Shown: positions 1-9,979 of the stretch, in pieces
How positions within the stretch are numbered: the first letter of the stretch is position 1
Layout: each line of letters starts with the position of its first letter
DNA from: an uncultured SAR86 cluster bacterium
GTDB taxonomy: Bacteria > Pseudomonadota > Gammaproteobacteria > Magnimaribacterales > AG-339-G14
DNA: 64,000 bases
Assembly: GCA_949373255.1 (NCBI GenBank)
Contig: CASICS010000008.1
Location: forward strand, 63,591 to 127,590
Direction: 5' to 3'
The notes under the pieces: model-generated
The model's input: the letters and a program-made list of their open reading frames with translations, nothing else
The model's database searches: none
What the model was told of the DNA's origin: nothing
Translations under genes and position numbers: made by a program

Positions 1-2362
1 CTTTTCTGACATCCCATTTTTTTGATTTAATATTCCAAAAGGCGAAGTTTCGATCATTTAATACAAATCTTAAGTTACAGCTTTCTCCTTGCTTTACCAA
101 AGGTTTTTCAAAAGCTTGCAGGCTTTTAATAGGCTCATTTTTATCACCATCTAAATAACTTATGTAGCACTGAACAACCTCTTGACCATCCATAAGACCA
201 GTATTTTTGATAACTAAAGAACACGATATATCTCCTGAATCATCTTTTGAAATAGATAAATCATTGTATTCAAAAGAAGTATAAGAAAGCCCATGGCCAA
301 AAGGGAATAACGGATTTATATCCTTTCTTTCATACCACTTATAACCAACCAAAAGTTTTTCTTCATAATTCATTTGTAAATCTTGACCAGGGTATGAAGA
401 GTAGGCTGGAGTATCTTTTATGCTAATTGGGAAAGTAGTAGGGAGTTTTCCAGAGGGGTTCACATTACCAAATATAATATCAACTAGTGCATTTCCATGC
501 TCTTGGCCGCCAAACCAAGATTGAATTATTGCGCGAGCATCTCTTTGCCACGGCATAGACACTGGAGCTCCGGAATTAATTACAACTAAAGTATTAGGAT
601 TAGATTTTAATACTTCTGTAATTAATAGATCCTGATCAGCCGGCAAATCTAGATTTGCTCTGTCATTGCCCTCCGTTTCCCAATCTGAATTTGTACCCAC
701 GATAAGAACTACCGCATCACTTTGGCTTGCAGTTTTTTTAGCTTGATCAAGTAAATTAAAAGAATCAGGAACACTGCACCCAAATTGAATTGCTGGAAAT
801 CTACCCTCAAAATAATATTCTATTTCTATTTTATAAATTTCTCCTTTTACTAAACTTTGTTTTTCTCTTTTCGGCCTAGATGCGAATGAAAAGAAGGCTT
901 CTCCTGGCTCTGTCTCAGTCCAATTGTCTATTATTTCATTTCCATTTATTTTTAATCTGCTTTTGCCAATAGCAAACACCTCAAACTCAAATTCTCCAGA
1001 AATATCAGGAATATAATCACAGGAAAATTTCACTGTTACATCTGGTCTCTCAGACCTATTGATAATTTCTTTAGCAAACCCATCGAATACCCAATATTTA
1101 TTACCAGTCAAAATTTCCGAATCAATAAGGATATTTTTTTCTATTTGACCTTCAAAGTATTCAACTAAAAACCCCTTAGAATTCTTGAATAGTTTTTCAT
1201 CAAGCTTGGGAAGATATTTATATGTGTGCACTCCTTTTGCATAATTTATTGCAACAGAATCACCTACAAATTTTTCTATAGATTTAAGCGGATGAGTTTC
1301 ATAATGAGGTTTTAAGCTAGCACTTCCTCCTCCAATTATTTGACTGAATTTGGAGTTCGGTCCAATAACAGCCAGGGAATTAATTTTTTCCTTAACTAAG
1401 GGTAAAAAATTTTCATTCTTCAAAAGCACCATTCCTTCACAAGCCACTTGCTTTAATAATTTCTGATGACTTGGCCTGTTATTTTCTTTTTCGGCTTTAT
1501 TTTCTGGTGACGCAAACCTTTCCGTAAACGAAGCCATAGAAAGTATTCTTTTGACTTTGTCATTAATCAAAGTTTCCTCAACATTTCCTTTTTTAATTTC
1601 TTCTATTAGTTTTTCACCCCAAGTTCCACCCGGACCTGGCATCTCCATGTCTAATCCACCATTTGCATTATCTACTGTTTCTAATGCTGCACCCCAATCA
1701 CTTACAACATAGCCATCGAATTGCCACTCATCTTTTAAAATATCGATGAGAAGTTCTTTGTGAGAGCTACAGTAAATATTATTTAGTTTGTTATAGGCAG
1801 ACATAACAGATTTTGCATTCCCTTCTTTTATGCTCATCTCAAAAGGCAAAAGGTATATCTCTCTTAGTGTTCGCTCATCGACATTTGAGCTCACTGTATG
1901 TCTTTGGTATTCAGTATCATTTGCTATGAAATGCTTAACGCAAGCAGCAACTTTTTGCGATTGAACTCCTTTAACATAATTAGTAGCAAGAACTCCTGTA
2001 AGGACAGGATCTTCAGAATAACTTTCAAAGTGCCTCCCACCTAAAGGATGCCTATGAATATTTATCGTTGGACCTAATAAAACATCTACATCCTTATCTT
2101 TAGCTTCTTCACCGAGAGCAACACCCACTTTATTTATCAGGTCAGAATTCCATGTAGCCCCCATTAAAATGGGACTTGGGAAACAAGCCGACTTTTTATT
2201 TGACGTGGAGTCTCCTCGAACTCCATTAGGTCCATCAGACATTTTTATGGATGGAATAGACAATCTTTCAACTTTATTCGAATACCAAGAATTAAATCCA
2301 CTCAATAAGGAGACTTTTTCTTCTAAAGTTAAATCATCAACTAGATTATCTATATCAGGCAT
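1..2362 (-). CDS. Glycoside hydrolase family 3 beta-glucosidase with inserted PA14-like domain (C-terminus runs off the window; absent from ORF track)
   Basis: Hand translation of the minus strand from ATG at 2362 gives 787 uninterrupted codons (MPDIDNLVDDLTLEEKVSLLSG...). GH3 motifs: KHFIANDTEYQR, nucleophile region GYVVSDWGA, FGHGLSYTSFEY. PA14-like insert at about aa 395-530 (GFLVEYFEG...ISGEFEFEV...LKINGNEIIDNW). Confidence 0.85.
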   Translation of the reverse strand, partial: MPDIDNLVDDLTLEEKVSLLSGFNSWYSNKVERLSIPSIKMSDGPNGVRGDSTSNKKSACFPSPILMGATWNSDLINKVGVALGEEAKDKDVDVLLGPTINIHRHPLGGRHFESYSEDPVLTGVLATNYVKGVQSQKVAACVKHFIANDTEYQRHTVSSNVDERTLREIYLLPFEMSIKEGNAKSVMSAYNKLNNIYCSSHKELLIDILKDEWQFDGYVVSDWGAALETVDNANGGLDMEMPGPGGTWGEKLIEEIKKGNVEETLINDKVKRILSMASFTERFASPENKAEKENNRPSHQKLLKQVACEGMVLLKNENFLPLVKEKINSLAVIGPNSKFSQIIGGGSASLKPHYETHPLKSIEKFVGDSVAINYAKGVHTYKYLPKLDEKLFKNSKGFLVEYFEGQIEKNILIDSEILTGNKYWVFDGFAKEIINRSERPDVTVKFSCDYIPDISGEFEFEVFAIGKSRLKINGNEIIDNWTETEPGEAFFSFASRPKREKQSLVKGEIYKIEIEYYFEGRFPAIQFGCSVPDSFNLLDQAKKTASQSDAVVLIVGTNSDWETEGNDRANLDLPADQDLLITEVLKSNPNTLVVINSGAPVSMPWQRDARAIIQSWFGGQEHGNALVDIIFGNVNPSGKLPTTFPISIKDTPAYSSYPGQDLQMNYEEKLLVGYKWYERKDINPLFPFGHGLSYTSFEYNDLSISKDDSGDISCSLVIKNTGLMDGQEVVQCYISYLDGDKNEPIKSLQAFEKPLVKQGESCNLRFVLNDRNFAFWNIKSKKWDVRK

Positions 2363-2379
2363 ATGAATATATTCCAGTC

Positions 2380-2646
2380 TTAAGTTGGTTGATAGCCTTC
2401 TGGTTGATCTGTAATTTTATTATCTAAAAAATTTTGAAGCTGTTCGTTGAGATATTTTCTCGTTGCGCTATCGGCTAAACTTAGCTGTTTCTCATTGATC
2501 AACATTGTTTGAAAAGAAAGCCATTCTTGCCAGGCCTGTTTTGAGACATTATTGAATAAATCTTCTCCATTTGGACCAGGAAATGGAGCTCTGTCCATTC
2601 TAGGAAGATCTTTTTTATACTTTCTACAAAAAACAGTACTACTCAT
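2380..2646 (-). CDS. yggX: Fe(2+)-trafficking protein YggX
   Basis: 88 aa; CRKYKKDLPRMDRAPFPGPNGEDLF...QAWQEWL resembles YggX. 4-nt overlap with upstream mutY, the conserved mutY-yggX pair. Confidence 0.85.
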   Translation of the reverse strand: MSSTVFCRKYKKDLPRMDRAPFPGPNGEDLFNNVSKQAWQEWLSFQTMLINEKQLSLADSATRKYLNEQLQNFLDNKITDQPEGYQPT

Positions 2647-3659
2647 AAGTAATTATTAATAATTTCTTTAACAGGTTTAGGTAAACCCATTTTACCTGAA
2701 TCAGATTTTTTAACCCAAGCAAAAGAAGATCCATCAATTTTTAGTCTATCTCTATGTTCTATTGAATATCTTACAGTAGATATCGTTAATTTTTGATGAG
2801 ATAAATTATGAGTCAACAGCGGAAGAATTTCTTTTTTTTCTAATAAATCCAGATTACTTTGACTAAATATATTTTTTTCAGGGAAAAGCCAAAGATTTTG
2901 CCATATTCCTTTTTTTTCATTTCTTCTGAGTAAAATCTTATCTTTCGAAAAAATAAAAAACCAATTTATATCTCTTTCTTTTTTTGGCTTAGAAGGAACT
3001 TTAAAAGGAATTTGATTTTGAAAATTTAGTTTTTTGGCTAAGCATTTCTTTTTAACTGGACACTCACAACATATGGGATTTTTAGGTTTGCACAACAATG
3101 AACCCAAATCCATCATTCCTTGCGAATAAGATCTGAAATCTTTCTTAGGCAGTAGCTTTTCCGCAAGCTTTATTAAGTTTTTTTGGGTTTTAGTATTATT
3201 GCTAGGCGAATGATCTCCCGAATACCTGAGTAAGACCCTTTTTGCATTCCCATCAAGAATTATTCCTGGTTTTTCGAAGGCAAGGCTCAAAATTGCCCCT
3301 GCTGTTGATATACCAATTCCTGGAAGCTTTATTAAATCTTCATAATAATTAGGAAGCATATTTTTAAACTCTTTCTGAAGGATGATCGCAGTTTTATGAA
3401 TATTTCTAGCTCTTGAGTAATAACCCAGTCCCGACCATAAAGCTAAAACTTTTTCAGGTTTTGCCTTGGCAAGAGCATCGATGGTAGGAAAATTTTTAAT
3501 AAATTTATGAAAATAAGGAATTACAGTCTGAACTTGAGTTTGTTGCAACATAATTTCTGATATCCATACGTGATAAGGGTTTTTTGTTTGCCATGGCAGA
3601 TCATTTCTTCCTTCTAGTGCTTGCCAATTAATAATTTTTTTTGAGAATGTCGTCATCAA
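2643..3659 (-). CDS. mutY: A/G-specific adenine DNA glycosylase MutY
   Basis: 338 aa; HhH-GPD region ([14 protein letters not shown]), Fe-S Cys cluster ([17 protein letters not shown]), C-terminal NUDIX-like domain. Confidence 0.9.
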   Translation of the reverse strand: MMTTFSKKIINWQALEGRNDLPWQTKNPYHVWISEIMLQQTQVQTVIPYFHKFIKNFPTIDALAKAKPEKVLALWSGLGYYSRARNIHKTAIILQKEFKNMLPNYYEDLIKLPGIGISTAGAILSLAFEKPGIILDGNAKRVLLRYSGDHSPSNNTKTQKNLIKLAEKLLPKKDFRSYSQGMMDLGSLLCKPKNPICCECPVKKKCLAKKLNFQNQIPFKVPSKPKKERDINWFFIFSKDKILLRRNEKKGIWQNLWLFPEKNIFSQSNLDLLEKKEILPLLTHNLSHQKLTISTVRYSIEHRDRLKIDGSSFAWVKKSDSGKMGLPKPVKEIINNYL

Positions 3660-3711
3660 GCTTATTTTAACCTTTTCCGTCCGCTATAATGATCATTTAG
3701 AAGAGATAACT

Positions 3712-4299
3712 ATGAGAAATACAAGTATTGAAAGAAACACAAAAGAAACGCAAATTTCTTTGAGTTTAGAATTAGATGGGGCAGGCAAAAGCTCTCAGGA
3801 TGTGGATATTCCCTTTTTTGCTCACATGTTAGATCAAATCGCAAAACATGGAGACTTTGATATAGACCTTAAAGCAACTGGAGATTTGGAGGTTGATGCT
3901 CATCACACAGTTGAAGATGTTGGAATTACATTAGGTGACGCCTTTAATAAAGCCTTGGGTGATAAAAAAGGAATTACTCGTTACGGTTATGCTTATGCTC
4001 CATTGGATGAAGCTTTATCCAGAGTAGTGATAGATTTTTCTGGAAGGCCGGGTTTGATATGGAATGTTAATTTTACTAAACAGACAATAAATGACTTTGA
4101 CCTACAATTAATAAAAGAATTTTTTCAAGGCTTTACTAATAAATCCTTAGCGACAATACATATTGATAATTTAAAAGGTGAAAATGCCCATCATCAAGCT
4201 GAAACAATTTTTAAGGCTTTTGCATTAGCTTTAAAACAATCTTGTTCATTAGATGAGGCAAAATCTGGCCAGATTCCTTCAACTAAGGGATGTCTTTAA
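3712..4299 (+). CDS. hisB: Imidazoleglycerol-phosphate dehydratase (monofunctional HisB)
   Basis: 195 aa; [37 protein letters not shown] motifs. First gene of a hisB-H-A-F block. Confidence 0.95.
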   Translation: MRNTSIERNTKETQISLSLELDGAGKSSQDVDIPFFAHMLDQIAKHGDFDIDLKATGDLEVDAHHTVEDVGITLGDAFNKALGDKKGITRYGYAYAPLDEALSRVVIDFSGRPGLIWNVNFTKQTINDFDLQLIKEFFQGFTNKSLATIHIDNLKGENAHHQAETIFKAFALALKQSCSLDEAKSGQIPSTKGCL

Positions 4300-4314
4300 A
4301 AAGGCATAAAAATT

Positions 4315-4932
4315 ATGAAAATTGGCGTCATTGATTATGGTGCAAGTAATATTTTTTCTGTTGTCAGGGCTTTAAATAGTCTCGGCGCGAAAACATCTGT
4401 TGTAAAAAAACCAGAAGATTTTAATGGAATTGATAAGTTAGTTTTTCCTGGTCAGGGTTCTATGGGTTCTTGTATGTCGAGGCTTAATGAGGCTGAAATG
4501 ACTATCCCCATGAAAGAATTTATAGAGGAAAAACCTTTTCTAGGAATCTGCTTGGGGCTTCAAGTTTTATTTTCAGGCAGTCAAGAAAGCACTGAAGAGA
4601 AAGGACTCGGAGTGTTTTCTGAAGAAATAAAAAAATTTAATTCTCCAAAAGATACTAAGCTAAAAATTCCACATATGGGATGGAACCAAATTGATTTTAG
4701 TCAAGATCATTTTTTATGGAATGGACTAGAAAGCGGAGAGGATTATTACTTTGTACATTCTTATATTTCTTGTGAACTGAAAGAAGAGTTTATTTATTCA
4801 AAAACAGAGCACGGTCAAACTTTTAATTCAGCTATTTCAAAAGATAATATATTTGCAACCCAATTTCACCCTGAAAAAAGCGGAAAGCTGGGTTTAAAGT
4901 TTTTAGAAAATTTTTTAAACTGGAGGCCTTAA
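4315..4932 (+). CDS. hisH: Imidazole glycerol phosphate synthase, glutaminase subunit HisH
   Basis: 205 aa; class-I amidotransferase motifs GICLGLQ and QFHPEKS. Confidence 0.95.
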   Translation: MKIGVIDYGASNIFSVVRALNSLGAKTSVVKKPEDFNGIDKLVFPGQGSMGSCMSRLNEAEMTIPMKEFIEEKPFLGICLGLQVLFSGSQESTEEKGLGVFSEEIKKFNSPKDTKLKIPHMGWNQIDFSQDHFLWNGLESGEDYYFVHSYISCELKEEFIYSKTEHGQTFNSAISKDNIFATQFHPEKSGKLGLKFLENFLNWRP

Positions 4933-5658
4933 TTGATTCCTATACCAGCGATTGATATACAGAATGGCAGGTGTGTGAGATTAAAAATGGGGGATTTGAG
5001 TAGCGCTACTACATATTATGAAAATCCTTTAGAAGCTGCCGAATTTTGGTTAAATAAAGGTACGAAAAAACTCCATATCGTAGATTTGGATGGAGCTTTG
5101 GCTGGCGATTCTTCTAATTTATCTTCGGTAATCTCAATTCGAAAAACTTTCCCTGAACTTGATATTCAATTAGGAGGAGGGATAAGAAATATGAAAACTT
5201 TAGATAATTATTTCGACAAAGGAATTGATTCTTTAATTTTAGGAAGCGTTGCTATTAAAAATAAAGATTTTTTTATAGAAGCTTGCAAGAAATATCCTAA
5301 AAAAATAATCTTAGGAATAGATGCAAGAAAAGGCTATGTTTCAACTGAAGCTTGGACAGAATCTTCGGAAATTTTAGCTACAGATATTGTGAAAAGTTTT
5401 GCAGATTTACCAATAAAAGCTTTGATTTATACCGATATAAGCAAAGATGGAATGATGCAGGGACCTAATATCGAGGAAACAAAGCAAATTGCTTTAAGTA
5501 CTCAAATACCTGTTATAGCTTCTGGCGGAGTAAGAAATTTAAACGATTTGATAGAACTTTCTATGATAAATAATATCTATGGAGCAATCTGTGGAAAATC
5601 ATTATACGAAGGAACCTTAGATTTTTCTGAAGCGACTGAGTATTTTAAAAAAATATGA
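4933..5658 (+). CDS. hisA: ProFAR isomerase HisA
   Basis: 241 aa; IPAIDIQNGRCVRL, HIVDLDGA, SGGV motifs. TTG start immediately after the hisH stop. Confidence 0.9.
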   Translation: MIPIPAIDIQNGRCVRLKMGDLSSATTYYENPLEAAEFWLNKGTKKLHIVDLDGALAGDSSNLSSVISIRKTFPELDIQLGGGIRNMKTLDNYFDKGIDSLILGSVAIKNKDFFIEACKKYPKKIILGIDARKGYVSTEAWTESSEILATDIVKSFADLPIKALIYTDISKDGMMQGPNIEETKQIALSTQIPVIASGGVRNLNDLIELSMINNIYGAICGKSLYEGTLDFSEATEYFKKI

Positions 5659-6413
5659 GCTTAACGATAAGAATAATTCCATGTTTAGACGTTCGAGGAG
5701 GTCGAGTAGTTAAAGGAATAAACTTCAAAGATATTATAGATGCTGGGGATCCAGCCGAAGCAGCATTGAGATACGATCAAGAAGGAGCTGATGAAATATG
5801 TATGTTGGACATAGATGCTTCATATGAGGCTAGATCTACTACTTTAGAAACTGTAGAAAAAATAGCCAATCAAGTTTTTATACCTTTTACTGTTGGTGGG
5901 GGAGTCAAAAGCATCAAAGACGTTGAAATTCTTTTAAAATCAGGAGCGGATAAAGTTTCTATAAATACTTCTGCAATTACAAACCCTAAGCTCATTTCAG
6001 AGGCTTCAAAAGAATTTGGATCGCAGTGCATCGTTGTTGCAATAGATGCTAAATACGACTCTGAAAACTGGCATGTCTATACTCATGGAGGCAAAAATAA
6101 AACAGAATTAGAGGCGTTGTCATGGGCAAAAGAAGTAGAACAGTTAGGGGCAGGAGAGATTCTTATGACCTCTATGGACAAAGATGGAACCAAGTCAGGA
6201 TTTGATAATATGCTTAACAGTAAGTTAGCTAATATATTAAAAATTCCTCTTATTGCTTCTGGAGGAGCTGGAAAATTAAATCATCTAGTTGACGCTGTTA
6301 AATTAGGAAAAGCAGATGCAGTTCTCGCTGCTAGTATTTTTCACTATCAAGAAATATCTATAAAAGAAGTTAAAAAAGCCCTTCAAGAAGAAGGCTTGAG
6401 TACAAGATTATAA
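5655..6413 (+). CDS. hisF: Imidazole glycerol phosphate synthase, cyclase subunit HisF
   Basis: 252 aa; [28 protein letters not shown] motifs. 4-nt overlap with hisA. Confidence 0.95.
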   Translation: MSLTIRIIPCLDVRGGRVVKGINFKDIIDAGDPAEAALRYDQEGADEICMLDIDASYEARSTTLETVEKIANQVFIPFTVGGGVKSIKDVEILLKSGADKVSINTSAITNPKLISEASKEFGSQCIVVAIDAKYDSENWHVYTHGGKNKTELEALSWAKEVEQLGAGEILMTSMDKDGTKSGFDNMLNSKLANILKIPLIASGGAGKLNHLVDAVKLGKADAVLAASIFHYQEISIKEVKKALQEEGLSTRL

Positions 6414-7031
6414 TTCACTTCTCTGAAATTTCTCTTCCTCAGTGAAATAATCAAAGACTATAGGCTCGCCAGTACCTATCTCTAGTTTCACTATTTCTTC
6501 AGGTGAAATATTTTCTAGTGACATTATTAAAGACCTTAAAGAATTTCCATGTGCACAAACCAAAATGTTTTTTCCAGACTTCACTAATGGTTTAATTTCA
6601 GCTTCGAAATAAGGTAAAACTCGCTCTGATGTATTTTTAAGACTCTCTCCTCCCGGTGGGGGAATATCGAAAGATCTTCTCCAGATATGAACTTGATCCT
6701 CACCCCATTTCTTTCGAGCATCATCTTTATTTAAACCTGATAAATCACCATAGTCTCTTTCATTTAAATCTTGGTTTTCAATAGTTAATAAATTTATTTG
6801 ATTTAATTTATTTAAAATAATTTCTCCAGTTTTCTGAGCTCTAACGAGTTTTGAAGTGAAGTGAATATCAAAATTTATATTTAAACTCTTAATTTTAATT
6901 CCTGCATTTTCAGCCTCAATAATCCCTTTTGGCGTTAACGGAGGGTTCTTCCAGCCGGTAAAAAGATTTTTTTCATTCCATTCACTTTGACCATGACGAA
7001 CCAAAACGAGATGAGAAGTTTTTTTTTCCAT
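6408..7031 (-). CDS. gpmA: 2,3-bisphosphoglycerate-dependent phosphoglycerate mutase (short form)
   Basis: 207 aa; [20 protein letters not shown] and CAHGNSLR histidine-phosphatase motifs. Its stop overlaps the hisF stop (TTATAA). Confidence 0.85.
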   Translation of the reverse strand: MEKKTSHLVLVRHGQSEWNEKNLFTGWKNPPLTPKGIIEAENAGIKIKSLNINFDIHFTSKLVRAQKTGEIILNKLNQINLLTIENQDLNERDYGDLSGLNKDDARKKWGEDQVHIWRRSFDIPPPGGESLKNTSERVLPYFEAEIKPLVKSGKNILVCAHGNSLRSLIMSLENISPEEIVKLEIGTGEPIVFDYFTEEEKFQRSEL

Positions 7032-7074
7032 ATGCGTAGTTAATAATTTTATTTCAGTTTATGATACCCGACCT

Positions 7075-7482
7075 ATGGGTTATTTTATTCAATTTTTACT
7101 AGATAATTGGTTTATCGTTTTACCTTTATTAGGTTCAATATTTATTTTTTTTAAATTAGAAAATATAAGAAATTCTTTTCTACTGGAACCCCAGCAGATG
7201 ACGTTTTTTTTAAATAGAAAAAATGCTTTGTTAATTGATATAAGAAATGAAAAAGATTTTTTAAATGGTCATATCAGTCAAGCTGTATGCGTCGGACCAG
7301 ATATAGAACTATGTAAAAAAGAGATCAAAAAAAATCCAGAACGACCAGTAATTATTGTTTGTCAAAACGGTAATTATTCTTCTCGAATGGCAAATGATTT
7401 AAAAAAAGAGGGACAGGAAATATTTACTTTAAAAGGCGGAATAAATTCTTGGACTAACGAAAAGTTGCCTTTAATTAGTTAG
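7075..7482 (+). CDS. Membrane-anchored rhodanese-domain protein
   Basis: 135 aa; N-terminal hydrophobic helix, then a rhodanese fold with active-site loop VCQNGNYSSR. Confidence 0.7.
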   Translation: MGYFIQFLLDNWFIVLPLLGSIFIFFKLENIRNSFLLEPQQMTFFLNRKNALLIDIRNEKDFLNGHISQAVCVGPDIELCKKEIKKNPERPVIIVCQNGNYSSRMANDLKKEGQEIFTLKGGINSWTNEKLPLIS

Positions 7483-8876
7483 ATATCTAATTCGTTCATC
7501 TTTCTGGCAAGAGTATTTCTTCCCCAACCAAGAAGATTAGCAGCTTCACTTTTTTTCCCTTTAGTAGCTTTCATAGCAACCTTAATCATGGTTTTTTCAA
7601 ATATAGGAATTGTAGAATTAAGCAGATGATCATCGCCCTTAGAAAGTTTTTCAGCAGCCCAAATTTCTAATAAATCGTTCCAGTTCATTTCAGGTCCTTT
7701 TTTTTGCAACATCAAGTCGTCTGGAAGATCAGATATTTGGATTTCTTGCCCTGAAGAAAGAACGGTAAGTGAATGACAAAGATTTTGAAGCTGAAGAACA
7801 TTACCAGGCCAAATTAGTTTTGAAAATAGTTCTTCTACATCGGATGATAAGATTTTTGTTTCTGACCCCATTTCTTCTGAAAACTTTCCGAAAAAGTAAT
7901 TTGCAAGCAAGGGAATATCTTCTTTTCTTTCCCTTAAAGCGGGAAGTGCAATTCTAATAACATTAAGTCTATGGAAAAGGTCTTCTCTGAATGCACCAGT
8001 TACGACTTTATCATTTAGATTTTGGTTGCTTGCAGCTATTATTCTTACATCTACTTCTATAGGATCGCTACCTCCCATTCTGTAAAACTCCCCACTTGAA
8101 AGAACTCTGAGAATTCTTGTTTGAGTCTCATAAGGCATATCGCCTATTTCATCTAAAAATAGAGTAGCGTTATCAGCCTGTTCAAATCTTCCTATTTTTT
8201 TGTGATCTGCGCCGGCAAAGGCTCCTTTTTCATATCCAAATAATTCTGATTCTAAAAGCTCAATCGGAATATCTGCCATATTCAATGAAATCAGTTTCTT
8301 TTCAGATCTGTCACTATGTTCATAAATAGCTTGAGCCACTAGTTCTTTTCCAGTTCCAGATTCACCTACTAATAATACAGTCGAGCTAGAATGAGATAGT
8401 TTCCCAATTGAATTAAACAGATCTTGCATTGCTGGAGATTTCCCTACAATTCTGCCTTTTTCTAAATGAATTTCTTCATCACTAGTTATTTTTTTTGATT
8501 TAATTTTTCTTTCTTCTAATGCTTTGGAAATTTTTGAAATAGCATCATTAATATCAAAAGGTTTTGCAATATAGTCCCAAGCTCCATTTTCAAAAGCATC
8601 CACTGTTGTTTCAAGATCTGAATGCGCAGTCATCATTATTACTGGGATATTTGAATGTTCAGTTTTAAAAGTATCTAAAAGATCCATGCCATCTCTACCT
8701 GGCATCTTTAAATCAGTTAGAAGGACATGAGGTTTTTCTAGATCAAGCTGATTAACGACCTCATTTCCATCTTCAAAAACTGATACATTAAAACCAGCAT
8801 CAACAAGACCTTTTTTAAGTACAAATCTTATTGATTCGTCATCATCGGCTATCCACACTTTTTTTAATTTAGGCAC
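7479..8876 (-). CDS. ntrC: Nitrogen regulation response regulator NtrC (sigma-54 dependent activator)
   Basis: 465 aa; REC domain (LLTDLKMPGRDG), AAA+ sigma-54 interaction domain (GESGTGKE, GAFAGA, ESELFGYEKGAF), C-terminal Fis-type HTH. Follows ntrB. Confidence 0.85.
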   Translation of the reverse strand: MPKLKKVWIADDDESIRFVLKKGLVDAGFNVSVFEDGNEVVNQLDLEKPHVLLTDLKMPGRDGMDLLDTFKTEHSNIPVIMMTAHSDLETTVDAFENGAWDYIAKPFDINDAISKISKALEERKIKSKKITSDEEIHLEKGRIVGKSPAMQDLFNSIGKLSHSSSTVLLVGESGTGKELVAQAIYEHSDRSEKKLISLNMADIPIELLESELFGYEKGAFAGADHKKIGRFEQADNATLFLDEIGDMPYETQTRILRVLSSGEFYRMGGSDPIEVDVRIIAASNQNLNDKVVTGAFREDLFHRLNVIRIALPALRERKEDIPLLANYFFGKFSEEMGSETKILSSDVEELFSKLIWPGNVLQLQNLCHSLTVLSSGQEIQISDLPDDLMLQKKGPEMNWNDLLEIWAAEKLSKGDDHLLNSTIPIFEKTMIKVAMKATKGKKSEAANLLGWGRNTLARKMNELDI

Positions 8877-8877
8877 T

Positions 8878-9960
8878 TTATGCTCCTACATCTCTTGTTT
8901 TATAGCTGTCTTCTAAAATCGGAATGAGTATTGAAAAATTAGTTCCTGTCGAGTCACTAGAACAATCTATGGACCCATCATGTTGATTAATTATTCCTCT
9001 AGCTATTGCAAGCCCTAAACCAGAAGAAACTTGCTTCGTTGAAACAAGAGGGAAAAAAATTGAGTCAATAAAATCTTCAGAAATGCCAGGACCATTATCG
9101 ATGAAATCAATTTCACAGGCAGTTTTGTAAAACTTTCCATTTATATGAACTTCATAAGCAACTCTAGTTCTGGCTATTATCTTATTTCCGGTATTGCTCT
9201 TCGCCATTGCCTCAATGGAATTTCTAGTGAGATTATAAAAAACTTGCATGATTAGAGATGAATCAATTTTGATTAAAGGAAGACTTGGATCGTAATCACG
9301 TTCGAAATTTATATCTTCGCAATCTAAGGAGTTTATAAAATCAGGCAGTCTTTCAAGAACACTGTGAATATTCTCCATTGCCAAGCTTAATTTAAAATTC
9401 TTCTCAGAAACTTGATTAACTATATCGGCAATCCTGTCAGTTTCCCTCAGAATAATATTTAAAAGATCCTGATTATCTCTTGCTTTCAATTTATTACTTA
9501 ATAATTGCGCAGCTCCTTTAATGCCGCTTAGAGGATTTTTAATTTCATGAGCAAGGCCTTTAGAAAAGGCTGCGGTCACAACTCCTCCAGCTGACTTTCT
9601 TCTTCTCTTTTTCGCCAGAGCTTGTTTATCTACATCAAAAAACTCAAATAAGATAAATTCTTCACCTTCATCATAATATGTAGCTAAAAATGAACATTTT
9701 TTTTTCAAATTATTATTTAAAAATAAAGTTGTTATGTGTCTTTTAAGATGAGTTTTAGATGTAACTAATTCTGAAAGTTCAAGACTATTATCAGGCTTTT
9801 CGGTAAAAACTTTATTAACCGATTTTCCCTCGCAGTCAGAAAAATTAATATTAAGGAAATCTTCAGCTGAATTATTTATAAAAATTATATTTAGACTCTT
9901 GTCTGTTATTAATAGTTTTGAAGAGATGTTTTTTAGTGCCGTATCAAATGAATTTTGCAT
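8878..9960 (-). CDS. ntrB: Nitrogen regulation sensor histidine kinase NtrB
   Basis: H-box GLAHEIKNPLSGIKGAAQLL is the NtrB signature; N-terminal PAS-like region; HATPase G-boxes (DNGPGI, GLGLAIA). I prefer ATG at 9960 (MQNSFD...) over the ORF-track start at 10002, which would overlap glnA. Confidence 0.85.
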   Translation of the reverse strand: MQNSFDTALKNISSKLLITDKSLNIIFINNSAEDFLNINFSDCEGKSVNKVFTEKPDNSLELSELVTSKTHLKRHITTLFLNNNLKKKCSFLATYYDEGEEFILFEFFDVDKQALAKKRRRKSAGGVVTAAFSKGLAHEIKNPLSGIKGAAQLLSNKLKARDNQDLLNIILRETDRIADIVNQVSEKNFKLSLAMENIHSVLERLPDFINSLDCEDINFERDYDPSLPLIKIDSSLIMQVFYNLTRNSIEAMAKSNTGNKIIARTRVAYEVHINGKFYKTACEIDFIDNGPGISEDFIDSIFFPLVSTKQVSSGLGLAIARGIINQHDGSIDCSSDSTGTNFSILIPILEDSYKTRDVGA

Positions 9961-9979
9961 ATCTCTATATTCATAAAGA

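Noticed and set aside
3660-3711. his leader peptide/attenuator (and a trp attenuator before 44128)
   Set aside because: The gap before hisB is only 52 nt, with no His-codon run and no terminator hairpin. trpE overlaps the preceding gene, so no leader can exist.
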